In this document: positions 49,060 through 61,700 of the stretch, piece by piece
Position numbering within the stretch: the stretch's first letter is position 1
Layout: each line of letters opens with the position of its first letter
Source of the DNA: Paraspadella gotoi
Taxonomy: Eukaryota > Animalia > Chaetognatha
Direction of reading: 5' to 3'
Assembly (NCBI GenBank): GCA_051294375.1
Contig: CM119265.1
Location: 902,089 to 966,088 of the forward strand
Length of the DNA: 64,000 nt
Program-made: the position numbers and the translations under genes
Notes under the pieces: model-generated
The model's database searches: none
What the model was told of the DNA's origin: nothing
What the model saw: only the letters and a program-made list of their open reading frames with translations

Positions 49060-49879
49060 TGGCGGCGGCGGCGGCGGCGGCGACGCATGCGCACCAAAGT
49101 ATAAAAGATAACATCATTTGACTGAAAATTGACTTAAAAAGTTTTTCTTTGGCTGTGATTAATTATTCCGTGATAACTTCTTCCAAATGTTCGCTTCTTA
49201 ATTATTTTCTTTCTCAGTTCTTCTCTTATACTTTCCTTCTTTTTCTTCCTTCCATATTTTAACTCTTTAGTTTTCTTTTTCTAAAAACTTGCGTTTGTTC
49301 TTTTCTTCTTTTTTTTCTACTTAGTATATTTTCCGGTTTAGGTTTTAGACTTAGTATTTTCTTCTCTCCCCTTCCCCTTTTTCTCCCGGACGGCCTTTGT
49401 CATCCCCTTTGTCATCGATCCAATATTTTCTCGACAGTCCCCCTTCCCTTTTTCTCTCTTTTCATCGACGACTTTTGTAAATCAAATGATATTTTGTCGC
49501 CGCTTTTTTCTTTTTTTTTTTTTGGAGTTCTAACGTCGTGCGCTTTCTTTAGAAATCCCTGTATACATTTGAGACTTTCAGGTTTTAAACATCACATTTT
49601 TATTGGGACATAAAAAAAATTTGAGAGAAATTGTTTCATTTGAACTCGGAGGAGAAAACTGGGGTTTCGGAGAAAAGGAAGATTTTGAAGGATGAAGTCG
49701 ATTAAGAAGAAGACGACGACGTCGTTGCTTAGGTGAACACGACGAAGAAAGGCCAGAAAGAAAAAAAAAACTAAAAAAAACCCCTCGCACTGATTCATTT
49801 ATCGACGACAGAAAATATAAACGATTATTTACAAACGAGGAAATCCTCAACTTTCTCATTCACTCCCAACGAATGTGAC

Positions 49880-50611
49880 TCAACACTCTTCTCTGCGCGC
49901 AGCCTCTTTCTCAGCAGCCGCCGCAGCGCCGCCGTCCAGCGGGAGACTCTCCTCGCAGCGACGCACGAATTTGCTGCCGACGAGTCTTGGCTCCGGCGCC
50001 TCCCACGCCTCCTCGTCGAATGGATCGATGGTCTTGGATTTGAACTCGGCCTTGAACTCTTCGCCGAGGTGGTCCAGGTCCGTCTTCTTGACGATGCCCT
50101 GCGGAAAGAGGTGTGGGCTTGAAAGAGTTGAACCCTGGCGACGGCTGGTTAGTGGTTAAGGGTTTTCCGAGCTCGTTTTTTTAGTTTCATTCCCTGATAT
50201 AAGGTTGAGCCTCATCGACTCACCTTTGGCAAATAACCCAAGAGTCTCTTGGCGTGTTTCTCGATCAACTTCTGTCTTTCCTCTTCGATGATTCGTTGTC
50301 GTTCGTTCTCCATCTCTTGTTGCGAAGCGTGCAGCGCCAATTCCTCTGCTTTTTCCTGCATCCAAAAATTATTCGTTATTGTTTGATGATAAAAACCTGT
50401 TAAATACAATGCGTCAGTATTTTTAACGGTACTAGTTAATCTATTCGATTCATATTTATTAAGTTATTAAGTTTAATTACTTAATATTTTTTAAATCTGA
50501 CCTTCTCATGCTTAGCCCTCCTTTCCATGATCATCTTCTCAACTTCCCTCTTGTGCTCTTGCATTCTCATCCTCCTCTTCTGCGCGTTCATTTGTTCGAT
50601 TCGATCGTCCT
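49880..50611 (-). CDS. MNS1: Meiosis-specific nuclear structural protein 1, last three exons only
   Basis: Exons 50611-50502 (EDDRIEQMNAQKRRMRMQEHKREVEKMI), 50355-50224 (IIEEERQKLIEKHAKRLLGYLPK) and 50098-49880 (GIVKKTDLDHLGEEFK...stop), matching the MNS1 C-terminus. Confidence 0.88.
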
Positions 50612-50940
50612 CTGCAGAGTGTGGACATAAAGGGATAACAATTTAATTACTACTAATCAATATTAATTAATTTAATTCCTATTTATAATTAAAAAATGTC
50701 ACATCATTGAAAACATGAAAGTCCAGAAACGACCTCTCCTATCTTTCCCGCCCTCATCCTCTCCCTCCCCTTCCCGGCCCCATTTATTTCGATTCTCAAC
50801 ATTTCCACAGTTTCGTCTTTTACTTTCCGCCATCACCGATTTCTTCCCTTCTTACAGTCGAATAAAATCATAGAATCATAAATAATAATCAAAACTCTAT
50901 AAAAAGAAAAGAAGGTGAAAAAAAATAAGTTGAGAGAGAA

Positions 50941-51691
50941 ATGTCGCCGAGCAAAGATTCTGGGTTTTCCATCTGGGATCACGACGTGGTCGGCTACGCG
51001 TCCGCGGGCGGCGTTTTTCTCAACGGCCTCGTCTCGGCCGCCAAGGGAGGAATGTTCATGGAGGCGGGACTCGTGCCGGGTGAGATAAAATGTATAAATT
51101 CATATTTATTTAATTTAATTTAATTGATAGAATAATCATCTCATCAGGCGCGGTGATTGCCTATGGCGCTTATCGTTACTCCTCTTCCCCATCGGACGCT
51201 CACGTCGGCGCTATCACTTCGGGACTCGTCGCCGCTCACTTTGCTTGGTGAGTAATCATTGAAATTGTCTCACTTTGCTTGGTGAGTAATCGGTGAAATT
51301 GTCTCACTTTGCTTGGTGAGTAATCGGTGAAATTATCTCACTTTGCTTGGTGAGTAATCGGTGAAATTGTGTCACATTGCTTGGTGAGTAATCGGTGAAA
51401 TTGTCTCACTTTGCTTGGTGAGTAATTGGTGAAATTGTCTCACTTTGCTTGGTGAGTAATCGGTGAAGTTCTATCACTTGTCTTTTTTGATCAATTGCCG
51501 ACCGTCATGACCTTCTCCTCTTCCTCCTTAGGTTTAAGTCCCTCAAGTGCAAGTCCTTCATCCCCGCGTCTCTTCTTTGCGGCGCTGGGATCGGCCTCAG
51601 CGGGGTCTACGGCCTTCGGATGGCGGGTCACACCCTCATGGGCAAGAAGCAAGTCAAAAAGGATACCAAGAAGACCGAGCTGGGGATGTAG
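50941..51691 (+). CDS. TMEM14: TMEM14-family small membrane protein
   Basis: Exons 50941-51079, 51148-51247 and 51532-51691: DVVGYASAGGVFLNGLVSAAKGG..EAGLVPGAVIAYGAYRYSSSP...TSGLVA...KSFIPASLLCGAG. Confidence 0.7.
51234..51480 (+). repeat. ~34 bp tandem repeat, 7 copies, each containing the TMEM14 exon 2 donor
   Basis: ctcactttgcttg|gtgagtaatcggtgaaattgt units. Confidence 0.92.
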
Positions 51692-52119
51692 AGGCCGGGG
51701 TTGCCGCGAATATGTGGCAGGGGCTTTCCGACGGGACTGCTGAATAAAACTTGTGTGGGCGGAGGGGAATGTGAGCAGCTAATCTGCTTCGCGGGAATCA
51801 GGAGGGAAAATGATAGACAAAAGATGATAAACAATTGTGATTTTACGTGCGCGGACCAGAAAGTTGACTAATTGTACAATGAAAATATCTTTTGTAATAT
51901 TTCAATTTTGTTATGGATAAAATACTTTTTTTTCCACAAAAAAAAATTGTAATTCCTTTCGCGATGGTCGCTCTTATTTATAGTCATTTAGCGAAAGCTT
52001 TTTACTAAGCTTGTAGACTATTTAATTCCGAGTATACTCTAATCATGGTTTTATCCTTAAGTTAATTTTTTTTCTTCGATTAATTAACTTGATGTAAAAC
52101 TTATTTTAAAAATTCAACG

Positions 52120-55100
52120 ATGTCGCTCGAGACGACATCCGACGGCGCAGCAGCAGCTGCCGCCGCAACCCCGCCTCCTGCTCTGTCGGCGCTGATCTCC
52201 GACGGCGTCGGCTGCCGCACCCTGACGCAGCTGCAGAAGATTTTGCCTGAAATGATCGTCTCGACGCGGAAGGAGCGCAGGGAGGAGGAAGAGGAGGGGA
52301 CGAGTCGGTTCGTGGTCGAGGTCGGTTTGGTCGGTCGGTCGGTGTTTAGTTCGCAGTTATTAAAAGATTTTCTCCTTTTCCTCTCTTCTATCTTTTTTTT
52401 TCTTTCTCTCCCTTCCATCTTCGCCAGGCTCTACTTCCCTCCTGCGACGTCGTGACGGGCGTCGGCCCGACTGCCCGCGCGGCGAGGATCGACTGCGCCC
52501 GCCACGCCCTCTTCTCTCTCGCCGCCCCTGTCGCAGCCCCCGTAGACCCACCGCCAATCGGCGATGCCGTGCCCGAGCGGTCGACGGGCGAGGAGGAGGC
52601 AACGCCCGAGAAGTCGCCGTCGATCGCGGAAGGAATATCAGTGAAGATCGAGATGGAACAATCGGTCGTCGAAGAACCACCAGTCGTCGGTAACATTCTC
52701 TTTTTATCAGTTTCATTCGAAAATACTGGTGTATTGTCATTATAATTATTACTTGATAAAAGATCAATTTTAATGACCAAAAATTATCCATTTATAATGA
52801 GCCATTTTCCTCCGTACTTGGTTTAAACCTCGAGCCATACCTCTTACAAAATAATTAATCAATTGAGATTTTGTCATAAACTTTCGGTTCTCTGCCTCCT
52901 TCACTCCAGCCCACCTGGCCCCCCACGCCTCCTCCGCCCGAACCCCCTTCCTCCCACAGGACAACTTCGTGGGTCTTCTCAACGAAGCCTTTCAACGAGG
53001 TCGGGTCAAGGGTGATGTCAATTACGAGCAGCTCGAACGCACCGGACCCGCCCACCTCTCCGTCTTCAACTACGCCGTCGAGGTGAGTCAAGTTTAGTCA
53101 TATTAGATGTAATAATAATACTAATGTTTTAGATCTTCTTTTCTTTTTCTCCTTTTGGTTTTATTTTCTTCCCTCTTTCATTTTCCTTTTTCTCTTCGGT
53201 TTTCTCTCTCTAACTTTCCTATCTCATTTCCTCTTCCTATCTTACCCGATCTTTTTTTCTCTTACCCTTCTCTCTTCTTCTTACTTTTTTCTTTCTTTTT
53301 TTCCTTTCACATCTCTCTCTCTCTCTCAGATAAACGGCAGCCGCTACACCGGGACGGCAACGAGCAAGAGATTAGCCAAGCAGCGAGCGGCCGCTGCGGC
53401 GCTGGTCGATCAAGATCTGCTTCCTCTGCCATCTACCGTCAACTTTACCTCGTGGACGGCGCCCTCAACCGGCACCGCCGCCGACCCCGAGGACGCGACC
53501 AAGGTTAATTACTTAATAAATTACTTAATAAATTACTTAATAAATTCTTGAGTCAATTCTTGACCCTCAATTCTTTTCTCCTCTCCCCCCCCCCCCGCTA
53601 CAATCTCAGCCTCTCCCAGAATCAGACGGTCGACCAAAACATCCGCTCTGCGTCCTTAATGAACTTTTCCCCGGACTCCAGGTTAGAAGAGAACGGGAAT
53701 GAAGGGAAAGTTAGTTAATAATTAACTAACCCTAAACTCTTCATTAAACTATCAAGTAATTTTTCGCTAAATTGAAGCCATTTGCATAAACTTTTAAATA
53801 TAAAGAAATCTTTAATAAATTCCGACTGAAAAATTCAACTAGAAAGCGACCATAAACCGATGGCTTTACTCAAATGAGCCACCGGGTCATGACTGGAGGG
53901 GTCATGCTTATAGGCGGGGTTAACTTATGCAATGCCCGACTACATGTTGACCATGTAGTATCAAAGCCTTAGTCAATTTTTTCTTCTCTCGCTTTAAAAG
54001 ATTTCGATAATAAACTTGGCCCATTAAGGCCAGGGATCACTCAACCTAAAATTGTAGAAAATCTTAACTTACTGTATCTTAATCATTTTCTCACATCTTG
54101 TAAGAGGCTTTCTATTAAAAAATAACTGAAAACTTTTAAAAATCTATCTAAAATGTTCTTAAAAATTTAAACAAAATTTTTTCTTCGGTAAAACTAGATT
54201 TTCAAGAGAAAAATAATTTTTTAAATGTAAGCTTAATTTCTACAATCAAATTTTTAACTTAAAACTGATTCTTTACAGTAAGCTCAATTTCTACTTCCTA
54301 TATTTAATTCTTCTTTTGGTACAAGTACATACTTGGAGTTGTATCACTAATAAGTCTAAAATAAACTACTGTACATATTTTCCAGATGGGTTTTTATGCT
54401 TTTATGAGTTTTATGAGTTAAAAAACTTATAGAATTTATTTCAATTCGACTTTTTACTTTATGTAAATGTTTATATCATAAATTAGTTGCCTTATTTTAT
54501 AGGGAATCTCTGAATTAAAAAATCAAATCTGAATTTAAAAAAATTAAAAACAGTAAGCCATTTTTTTAAGATATCGGCGTTGAACAAACTCCATCATCAC
54601 ATCCCGTGCTTGTGTATGTTGTGGTGAATCTTGCAAAAGTAATGAGTACAGAATTTAACTTTCTTGACGAAGTGAAGTTAAAAATGAAGAGTTGCAGCTC
54701 AAACCGTTGGACTCTTCTTGAAGAAACAAGTTTGAGCAAACAATGTCGGATCTGCCTACGATAATTAATTAATTAATTGATTAATTAATTAATTAATAGA
54801 TTAAATAATTAATTAATAGATTAATTAATTAATTAATTAATAGATTAATTATAATTTATATTCAGCTTGTCATCATCGATGTCCTTAAAATTGAGTCAGG
54901 ACAGTTATTAAATGTTTTGTTTACATTTTATCAAAACAAACAAATATCCTCTATTATCGAGCCAGGCGGGCAAAGCCCGTCCTGTCTCGATTTTTTTTCG
55001 GTTTAGCTTTCGGTCTCGCTTTTTTGCAATCATGGCTTCTGAAAGTGTGATATCATAGGGAGTTGAATTTTCATATATGGCTTCTAATCATCAAGATCTT

Positions 55101-55253
55101 TAAAATTCTCATGTTTCATATCAATATTGGTATTTGTTTATGTTTTATTTACAAAACAAAAACGTTTTAATTATATGTCGCTCTCTCTCTCTCTCTTTTT
55201 CTCCGTCACTGCTTCTTCTAAAAACGAGTTCCGGCTCTGCAAGCGATGTCCAG

Positions 55254-55303
<50 letters not shown>

Positions 55304-55732
55304 ACAAAAAATTTTTAGATATAATGTGGTTCACTAATGTAAAAAACGACGCCACGAACAGGGCGCGAACCGGGTCCTTTGGGTAGAGAATAGCTCACGC
55401 TACGTGCGGCGCCATAAGTACTGCTGATTCTTTAACGAGTAAAGGGGCTGTAGAGCTTCTCTCTCTCTCTCTCTTTTAATTATTATATATCGCTCTTTCT
55501 CTTTCTCTTTTTCTCTGCAGCGGCTGTCTCTCTCTCTCTCTCTCTCTGTCTCTCTGTCTCTCTGTGTGTCTGTCCCTATCTGTCCGATCTTTTGCGTGAT
55601 CGTTTGTTTTTTGAAAAATCTGATTATTTTTTTCCTTCTAAAAACTTTTTATTATTGCCATTTATTCCGCGCTTTTTTCAATACAAAATCCATATTTTCA
55701 TCCGAGATTTTCGTGGATTTATTCTCTTTCTT

Positions 55733-55795
<63 letters not shown>

Positions 55796-58700
55796 ACTCA
55801 TACACGCATTTGTTTGTTTTATTGACTATCATCGCATCAATGAATGACAATCATCGCATCAATGAATGACAATCATCGCATCACTGAATGACTATCATCA
55901 CAGCAGTGAATGACTATCATCGCATCAATAATTGATTATCATCGAATCAATAATCAATTCCTATTACATCAATAAATTACTATTACATCAATCAATTAGT
56001 ATTACCTCAATCAATTACTAGTACATCAACAATTCGTTATCGCATGATTCATTCTTTTTTTCCCGGTTTTTTTCATTAATTTTCTATGATAGTGGGCTCT
56101 GGCTCGATCTTGAGTCTTTTAAGATTTTTTATTTTATGTCTCCTTCTCTCTCTCTCTCTCTCACTCTCTCTCTTTCTCTCTCACTCTCTCTCTCTCTCTC
56201 ACTCTCTCATTTCTCTCTCTCTCTCTCTCTCTTTTTATGCAATAGCGACGATCCTTATGCTTTTAAGATTTTTTTAACTTGCATCATTTTTTCAACTTGC
56301 ATCATTTTTTCAACTTGCATTCCGTCAAAACTTTATATCTAGCTTCTTCACTCACTTTCCTACCGGCTCACAAAATTTCATCTCAATCTATCATGGGTTA
56401 AAATAAATAAAAAGATTCAAGTAAATGTGACTCATATTTTTTTCATTTAAACTCATTTCCACTGGTACGTTTTCCACTGAAACTTTATATCAAGCTTCGT
56501 CATACGTTTTCCTACCCACACACAAAATTTCAACTCAATCTATCCATCCAATTATGATTAATTGGAGTATTTATTGGTTAAAATAAGTAAAAAGATTTTA
56601 GTAAATTCGACTTATGTTTTTTTCATTTAAACTAATTTCCACTCACACGATTCCATCGAAATTTTATATCCAGCTTTATCACACACTTTCCTACCCACAC
56701 ACAAAATTAATTCCAATCCAACCAGCCAATCACGAGTTATTGGAGCTTTTTGCTAAGATGGGACGGATGGACGGATTGATTGACTAATTAATTAATTATT
56801 GATTAATTTATTTACTAATTGATTAATTAACTGATTAATTATTAGATTTATTAATACATCCTGCAGATACATTTAATATAAAAGGAAAAAGAAGCATAAT
56901 CAATTAGTAAAACAGGTTTTTTGTTTTTTCCATTTAAACTCATTTCCACTCAAACTATTCCATCGAAACTTGATTTCCTGTTCAATCACACATTTCCTAC
57001 CCACATACAAAATTCCAGGTCAATCAGCCCATCCACTCATGAGCAATTGGTGTTCAAATAGTGAATATATTTTTTTTGTTTTTTCCATTTAAACTCATTT
57101 CCACTCGGACGATTCCATCGAAACTTAATATCCAGCTCAATCACACACTTACCTATCCACACACAAAATTTCATTTAAATCCATCCATCCAATCACGAGT
57201 AATTGGTGTTTTTTGCTAAGGTGGGACGGACGGACGGACGGACGGACAGACGGACGGACGACATTTTTTTTGCATAATTTATCATAATTCGATGTTCTGA
57301 CATGATATAAGTGTGTGCCCGACAATATTGAGGGGGCGGACCGACGGACCGAAAAAGTGAGTTATAAAAAGTGAGTTATAGAGTCGGATCTGCTGATAAG
57401 CAGATCCGACTAAAAAATATCTTGGGCAAGAAAGGAAAGGTGGGGGAGATTCTATGAGCGCATTTTTGGAAAAATGTTTTTTCGTTTCAAAGATATCAAG
57501 AAATTAATCCCAAAAATTGATGAAAATAATCAAATTTGCTATGAAGGAAAGCAAATTTGAAAATATCTTTTCATAGAATGGAGTTCGTGACCTAAAAGTA
57601 ATTCATGCCAAATTTCATGAGAAACCGCCTTACCGTTTGGGCTGCAACTCTTCAAATAGGTTTCTTTTATTTTATATAGTACAAAAAAAAATCGAAAAAA
57701 CGATGACGCCTTTGAAAAAATAGTAAAGTGAATACATTTTTCGGAATCGTCAGGAGCTCTCCTTTCGAAATCCGAGCTCGGTTTTAGCCTAATTATAATT
57801 TGAATTGAGTGATCCCGGACCTTAACTAATCTTAAACGATGATCGATGCCTTCAGTCTCTCTCATTTGACCCCCTCCACCGCCCCCTCAAATCAAAGGGC
57901 CTCGACGTCTCGGTAAAGGCGGTTCCGCCGACCGCCGGGGACGAGTCAGCCTTCTCCGCCTCGATCGCCCTTCGCGACGGCGTCGTCGGCGGCGGAGTGG
58001 CGAGGACGAAGAAAGAGGCGAAGATGAAGGCGGCGGAGGCTCTGCTGGCCAAGTTGTGCGGAGGAGGAAGAGGAGGAGGAAAAGAGGAGGCGGAAGAGGT
58101 AGAAAGGTTAGTAAAATAAAAATAAAAATAAAATAATAAACATTAGTAAAATTGTTGCCTCGTTTCAATGGCCGAGTGACGTAAGAAAATTAATTCCTCT
58201 TCCCCCCCTTATTCACTACACCCAAAAACCCCCAGTCCCATCTCTCCTCCCACCTACAACCCTTGCCCCGAAATCCCCTGGCTCGTCGGCCACCCCCACA
58301 CGCAACACGATTCAATCGCCAAACGAATCTTCAAGACTTTTTTCAGCGTGACTCGATCTCGGTCGACCTTCGACAAGTGGAAGGTTATGGCGGGCATCGC
58401 CATCTCGGGATTCCCTGGAGAACGGACGCAGGTTGGAGAGATTTTGGTCCGGGTGGAGGGGTTGCCCATTTTGAGAAAAAAGTTCGAAGCGGATGAGGCA
58501 AGGGAAAGGCGCCATTAACATCGCTTCGAGAGATGGTGTTCTTTTTGAGTTTTTACATTTTTTTTTTCGTGATCTCATCGATACCTCATTCGTCTCTCCC
58601 CTTTTTCCTGTGGCTGTATTACCTATCTCTTATCTCTTATCTTCATTTTATCTTCTGCCTCTTCTTTTTTTCTTCCATTCCTTCTCTTATACCTCTCTTT

Positions 58701-61700
58701 CAAAGTTTCATCTCCCTCTCTACATCATTTTCCCCCACTTTCCCCTCTCTAATCCTTTCGTATTTTGCTTTACTAATCCCTTTCTAATCCTATCTTTAAT
58801 CTTTTACTAATCCCTTTCTACTCCTATCTTTAATCCTTTACTAATCCCTCTCTAATCCTTTACTAATCCCTTTTTAATCCTATGACTAATCCTTTACTAA
58901 TCCCTCTCTAATCCTTTACTAATCCCTATACTAATCCTATCTCTAATCCTTTACTAATCCCTCTAATCCTATCCTGCTCTCTCTCTCCAGGTCATCTCCT
59001 TCGCCTCGGGCACCAAATGCGCGGCCGGTGATCGTCTTTCCCTCGAAGGTCGAACCGTCAACGATTGTCACGCGGAGATTCTCGCGCGACGCGGTCTCCT
59101 TCGATTCTTGATGCATCACCTTCGACTCATTGCCGAGGGGAAGGAATCGGACGTGCTATCGGCCGCGGTGAGGGAGACGAGAGAGAGAGAGAGGGACTGA
59201 GTATATATTTCTCAGAAATGCAAACGATCTCTCCCTCTTACAGGCGGAGGGCGGCTACGAACTCCGCCCTTCCCTCAAGATTCACCTCCTCATCTCCACG
59301 GCTCCCTGCGGCGCAGGAAGGATCTTCGCTCCCTACGACGCGCTCTCTCACCCTAATTACAAGGTAAGTTTAAAATGGGTGAGCTCTGACGGAAGGGTAT
59401 GAAATTCGTAAAACGTTTTTGCGGAGTTTTTATGAAATAGACGTATGTTTGTTTAATTAGTTCGTTCACAAACTATCCCTTCTCCCAGTCGCTTTTCTTA
59501 AATGACTTACAATCTTTCACGCTTGTCTCTCTCTTAATTCCCTCTATCAAATTCACTCACACTTTTCTCTCACATTCTCTTATACTCTCTCTCTCTCTCC
59601 TCCAGTTTCGCGGTCGCCTCCGCGTCAAAGTTGAGGCGGGGATGGGGACGATCCCCGTGGAGAATCTCCACTCTCTCCAGACTTGGGACGCGGTGATTCA
59701 GGGTCAGAACCTCCTCACCATGTCGTGTTCGGACAAGATCTGCCGGCGAAACGTCTTGGGATTACAGGGTGAGTTAAAATAATTAGAATCAATATTGACA
59801 AAGTGGACGACATTTCTCTTTTGTCCTTTTCCTTTTTCTCCTTTTCCTTTTTCTCCTTTTTTGGCCAAAACTAAAAACCCATTCTCTTTGCACAATACAC
59901 CGTGAAATTTTCATACAATTGAAACGATCTTTTAAACATACCATTTAATTAATATTGAAAGCTTGTAGGGCCTTATGTCATTATCTCGTAAGCTCAGTAA
60001 TTAAATGAATGAACAATTTCATCTTCTCTTTCCCCCCCCCCCATCCTCCCCAAGGCGCCCTCCTCTCCCATTTTCTCCACCCCGTCTACCTCGACTCCAT
60101 CATCCTCGGCTACCACTCCCACCACACCACCATCGACCACGCCCTTTTCGAACGCCTCCACGTCGGACTTCGCGTCCGAAAACTCGACATCCCCGCTCCG
60201 TACAGACTCAATAGGCCGAGGATCGTCACCACGCACTTTTACGTCAGTCGCTTTCACATTCCTCAGCTCCTTTTAACCATTTATTTCTCTCTCTCTCTCT
60301 CTCTTTCAGCCGCCCCGCGTGGCCTGCAAAGCCCCCAACCACTCGGTCAACTGGATCTGTTTGGATCCCCAGCTGCTGGAGATCCTCGATCCTTCGACGG
60401 GGAAGCAGCTGCACACCCTGGCTCCGTCGCGGCTGTGCAAGCGGGCGATGTACGAGGAGTGGATCAAGGCGAGTCTTGATTATTAAAGGAAGAAAGTATC
60501 TTTACATTTCTATAAATGTCTCTATATTTCTGATTCCCACACCCACAGCTGCGGGAGTCCTCTCTCTCCCTCACACCGGGCGTTATCTCGGGTCCCAACG
60601 CTGCAGCCGCCGACGCAGCAGCTGCCGCGTCTTCTTCCTCTTCGGAATCCAAGAGATCTTCGAGGGAATGGACTTACAGGTGATTTTGATTTTCCTTTAA
60701 ATCCAATTTAATTCCTTATTTCTTCATTAGGTTTTCCTGTTAATTTTCGCCTTTTCCTTTCTCAATTCTTTTTCCTCTTTATCACCTCCTTTTTTTCCCC
60801 TCCCACCTTCTTTTTCCCCATTTTCTCTCCGTTCCTCTTGCTTCCTCTCTTTCTTCCTCTTCTTCTTCCTTCTCCCTTTCTCCTCTCTCTCTTCCCCCCC
60901 ATTCCTCTCTCTCTTCCCCGCCCTTCCTTCCTCTTCTCTCTCTTCCCCCCTTCCTCTCTTCTCTCTTCCCCCTTTTCGCCTTCTCTCTTTCTCTTCCCCC
61001 TTCCATCTTCTTCTCTTCCTTCCTCTCTCCTTTCCCCCTTCCTCTACTCTCTCTTCCCCCTTCCTTCTCTCTCTCTTCCCCCCTTTCTCTCTCGTTCTCT
61101 CTCTCTCATCTCACCTCTTTCCCCCATTCTTCTCTCTCTCTCTCTTTCCCTCCTTTCTCTCTTCGTCTCCCTTCTTCTCTCTCTCTTCCTCTTCTCCCCC
61201 CCTTTCTCTCTCCTCCTCTCTTCCCTCTTCTCCCCTTTCTCTCTCTCTCTTCCTCTTCTCCCCCCTTTCTCTCTCTCTTTCCTCTTCTCCCCCCTTTCTC
61301 TCTCTCTCTTCCCTCTTCTCCCCCTTTTCTCTCTCTCTCTTCCCTCTTTCTCCCCCTTTCTCTCTCTCTCTTCTTCCCCCTTCCTCTCTCTCTTCCCCTC
61401 TTCCTCACTCTCTCTCTCTTCCCCCTTCCTCTCTCTCTCTCTTCCCCCCTTCTCCCCCTTCCTCTCTCTCTCTCTTCCCCCCTTCTCCCCCTTCCTCTCT
61501 CTCTCTCTTCCCCTTTTCTTCCCCTTTCTCTCTCTCTCTTCCCCTTTCTCTCTCTCTTCCCCCTTTCTCTCTCTCTTCCCCTTCCCCTCTCTCTTCCCCC
61601 TTCCCCTCCCCTTCCTCCAGAGAATCCAAAGGTGCTGCACTTCATGTATTCCCTGGTGAAGAATCTCACGGTTCGCGGTTTCGTCGACGGAGGATTCGGT

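Noticed and set aside
53876-53900. CACCGGG (miR-36-type seed) in an ADAR intron
   Set aside because: It is part of the repeat arm shared with 19418-19500, and no local hairpin is seen.
60782-61620. Leu/Ser/Pro/Phe and Glu/Arg/Gly ORFs
   Set aside because: Polypyrimidine intron of ADAR; compositional artefact. The same applies to 11580-11940 and 29135-29550.
22490-61640. Calling RNF144, SLC16 or ADAR pseudogenes because of frameshifts
   Set aside because: The indels are isolated, mostly in homopolymers, and appear across unrelated features, which fits assembly error.
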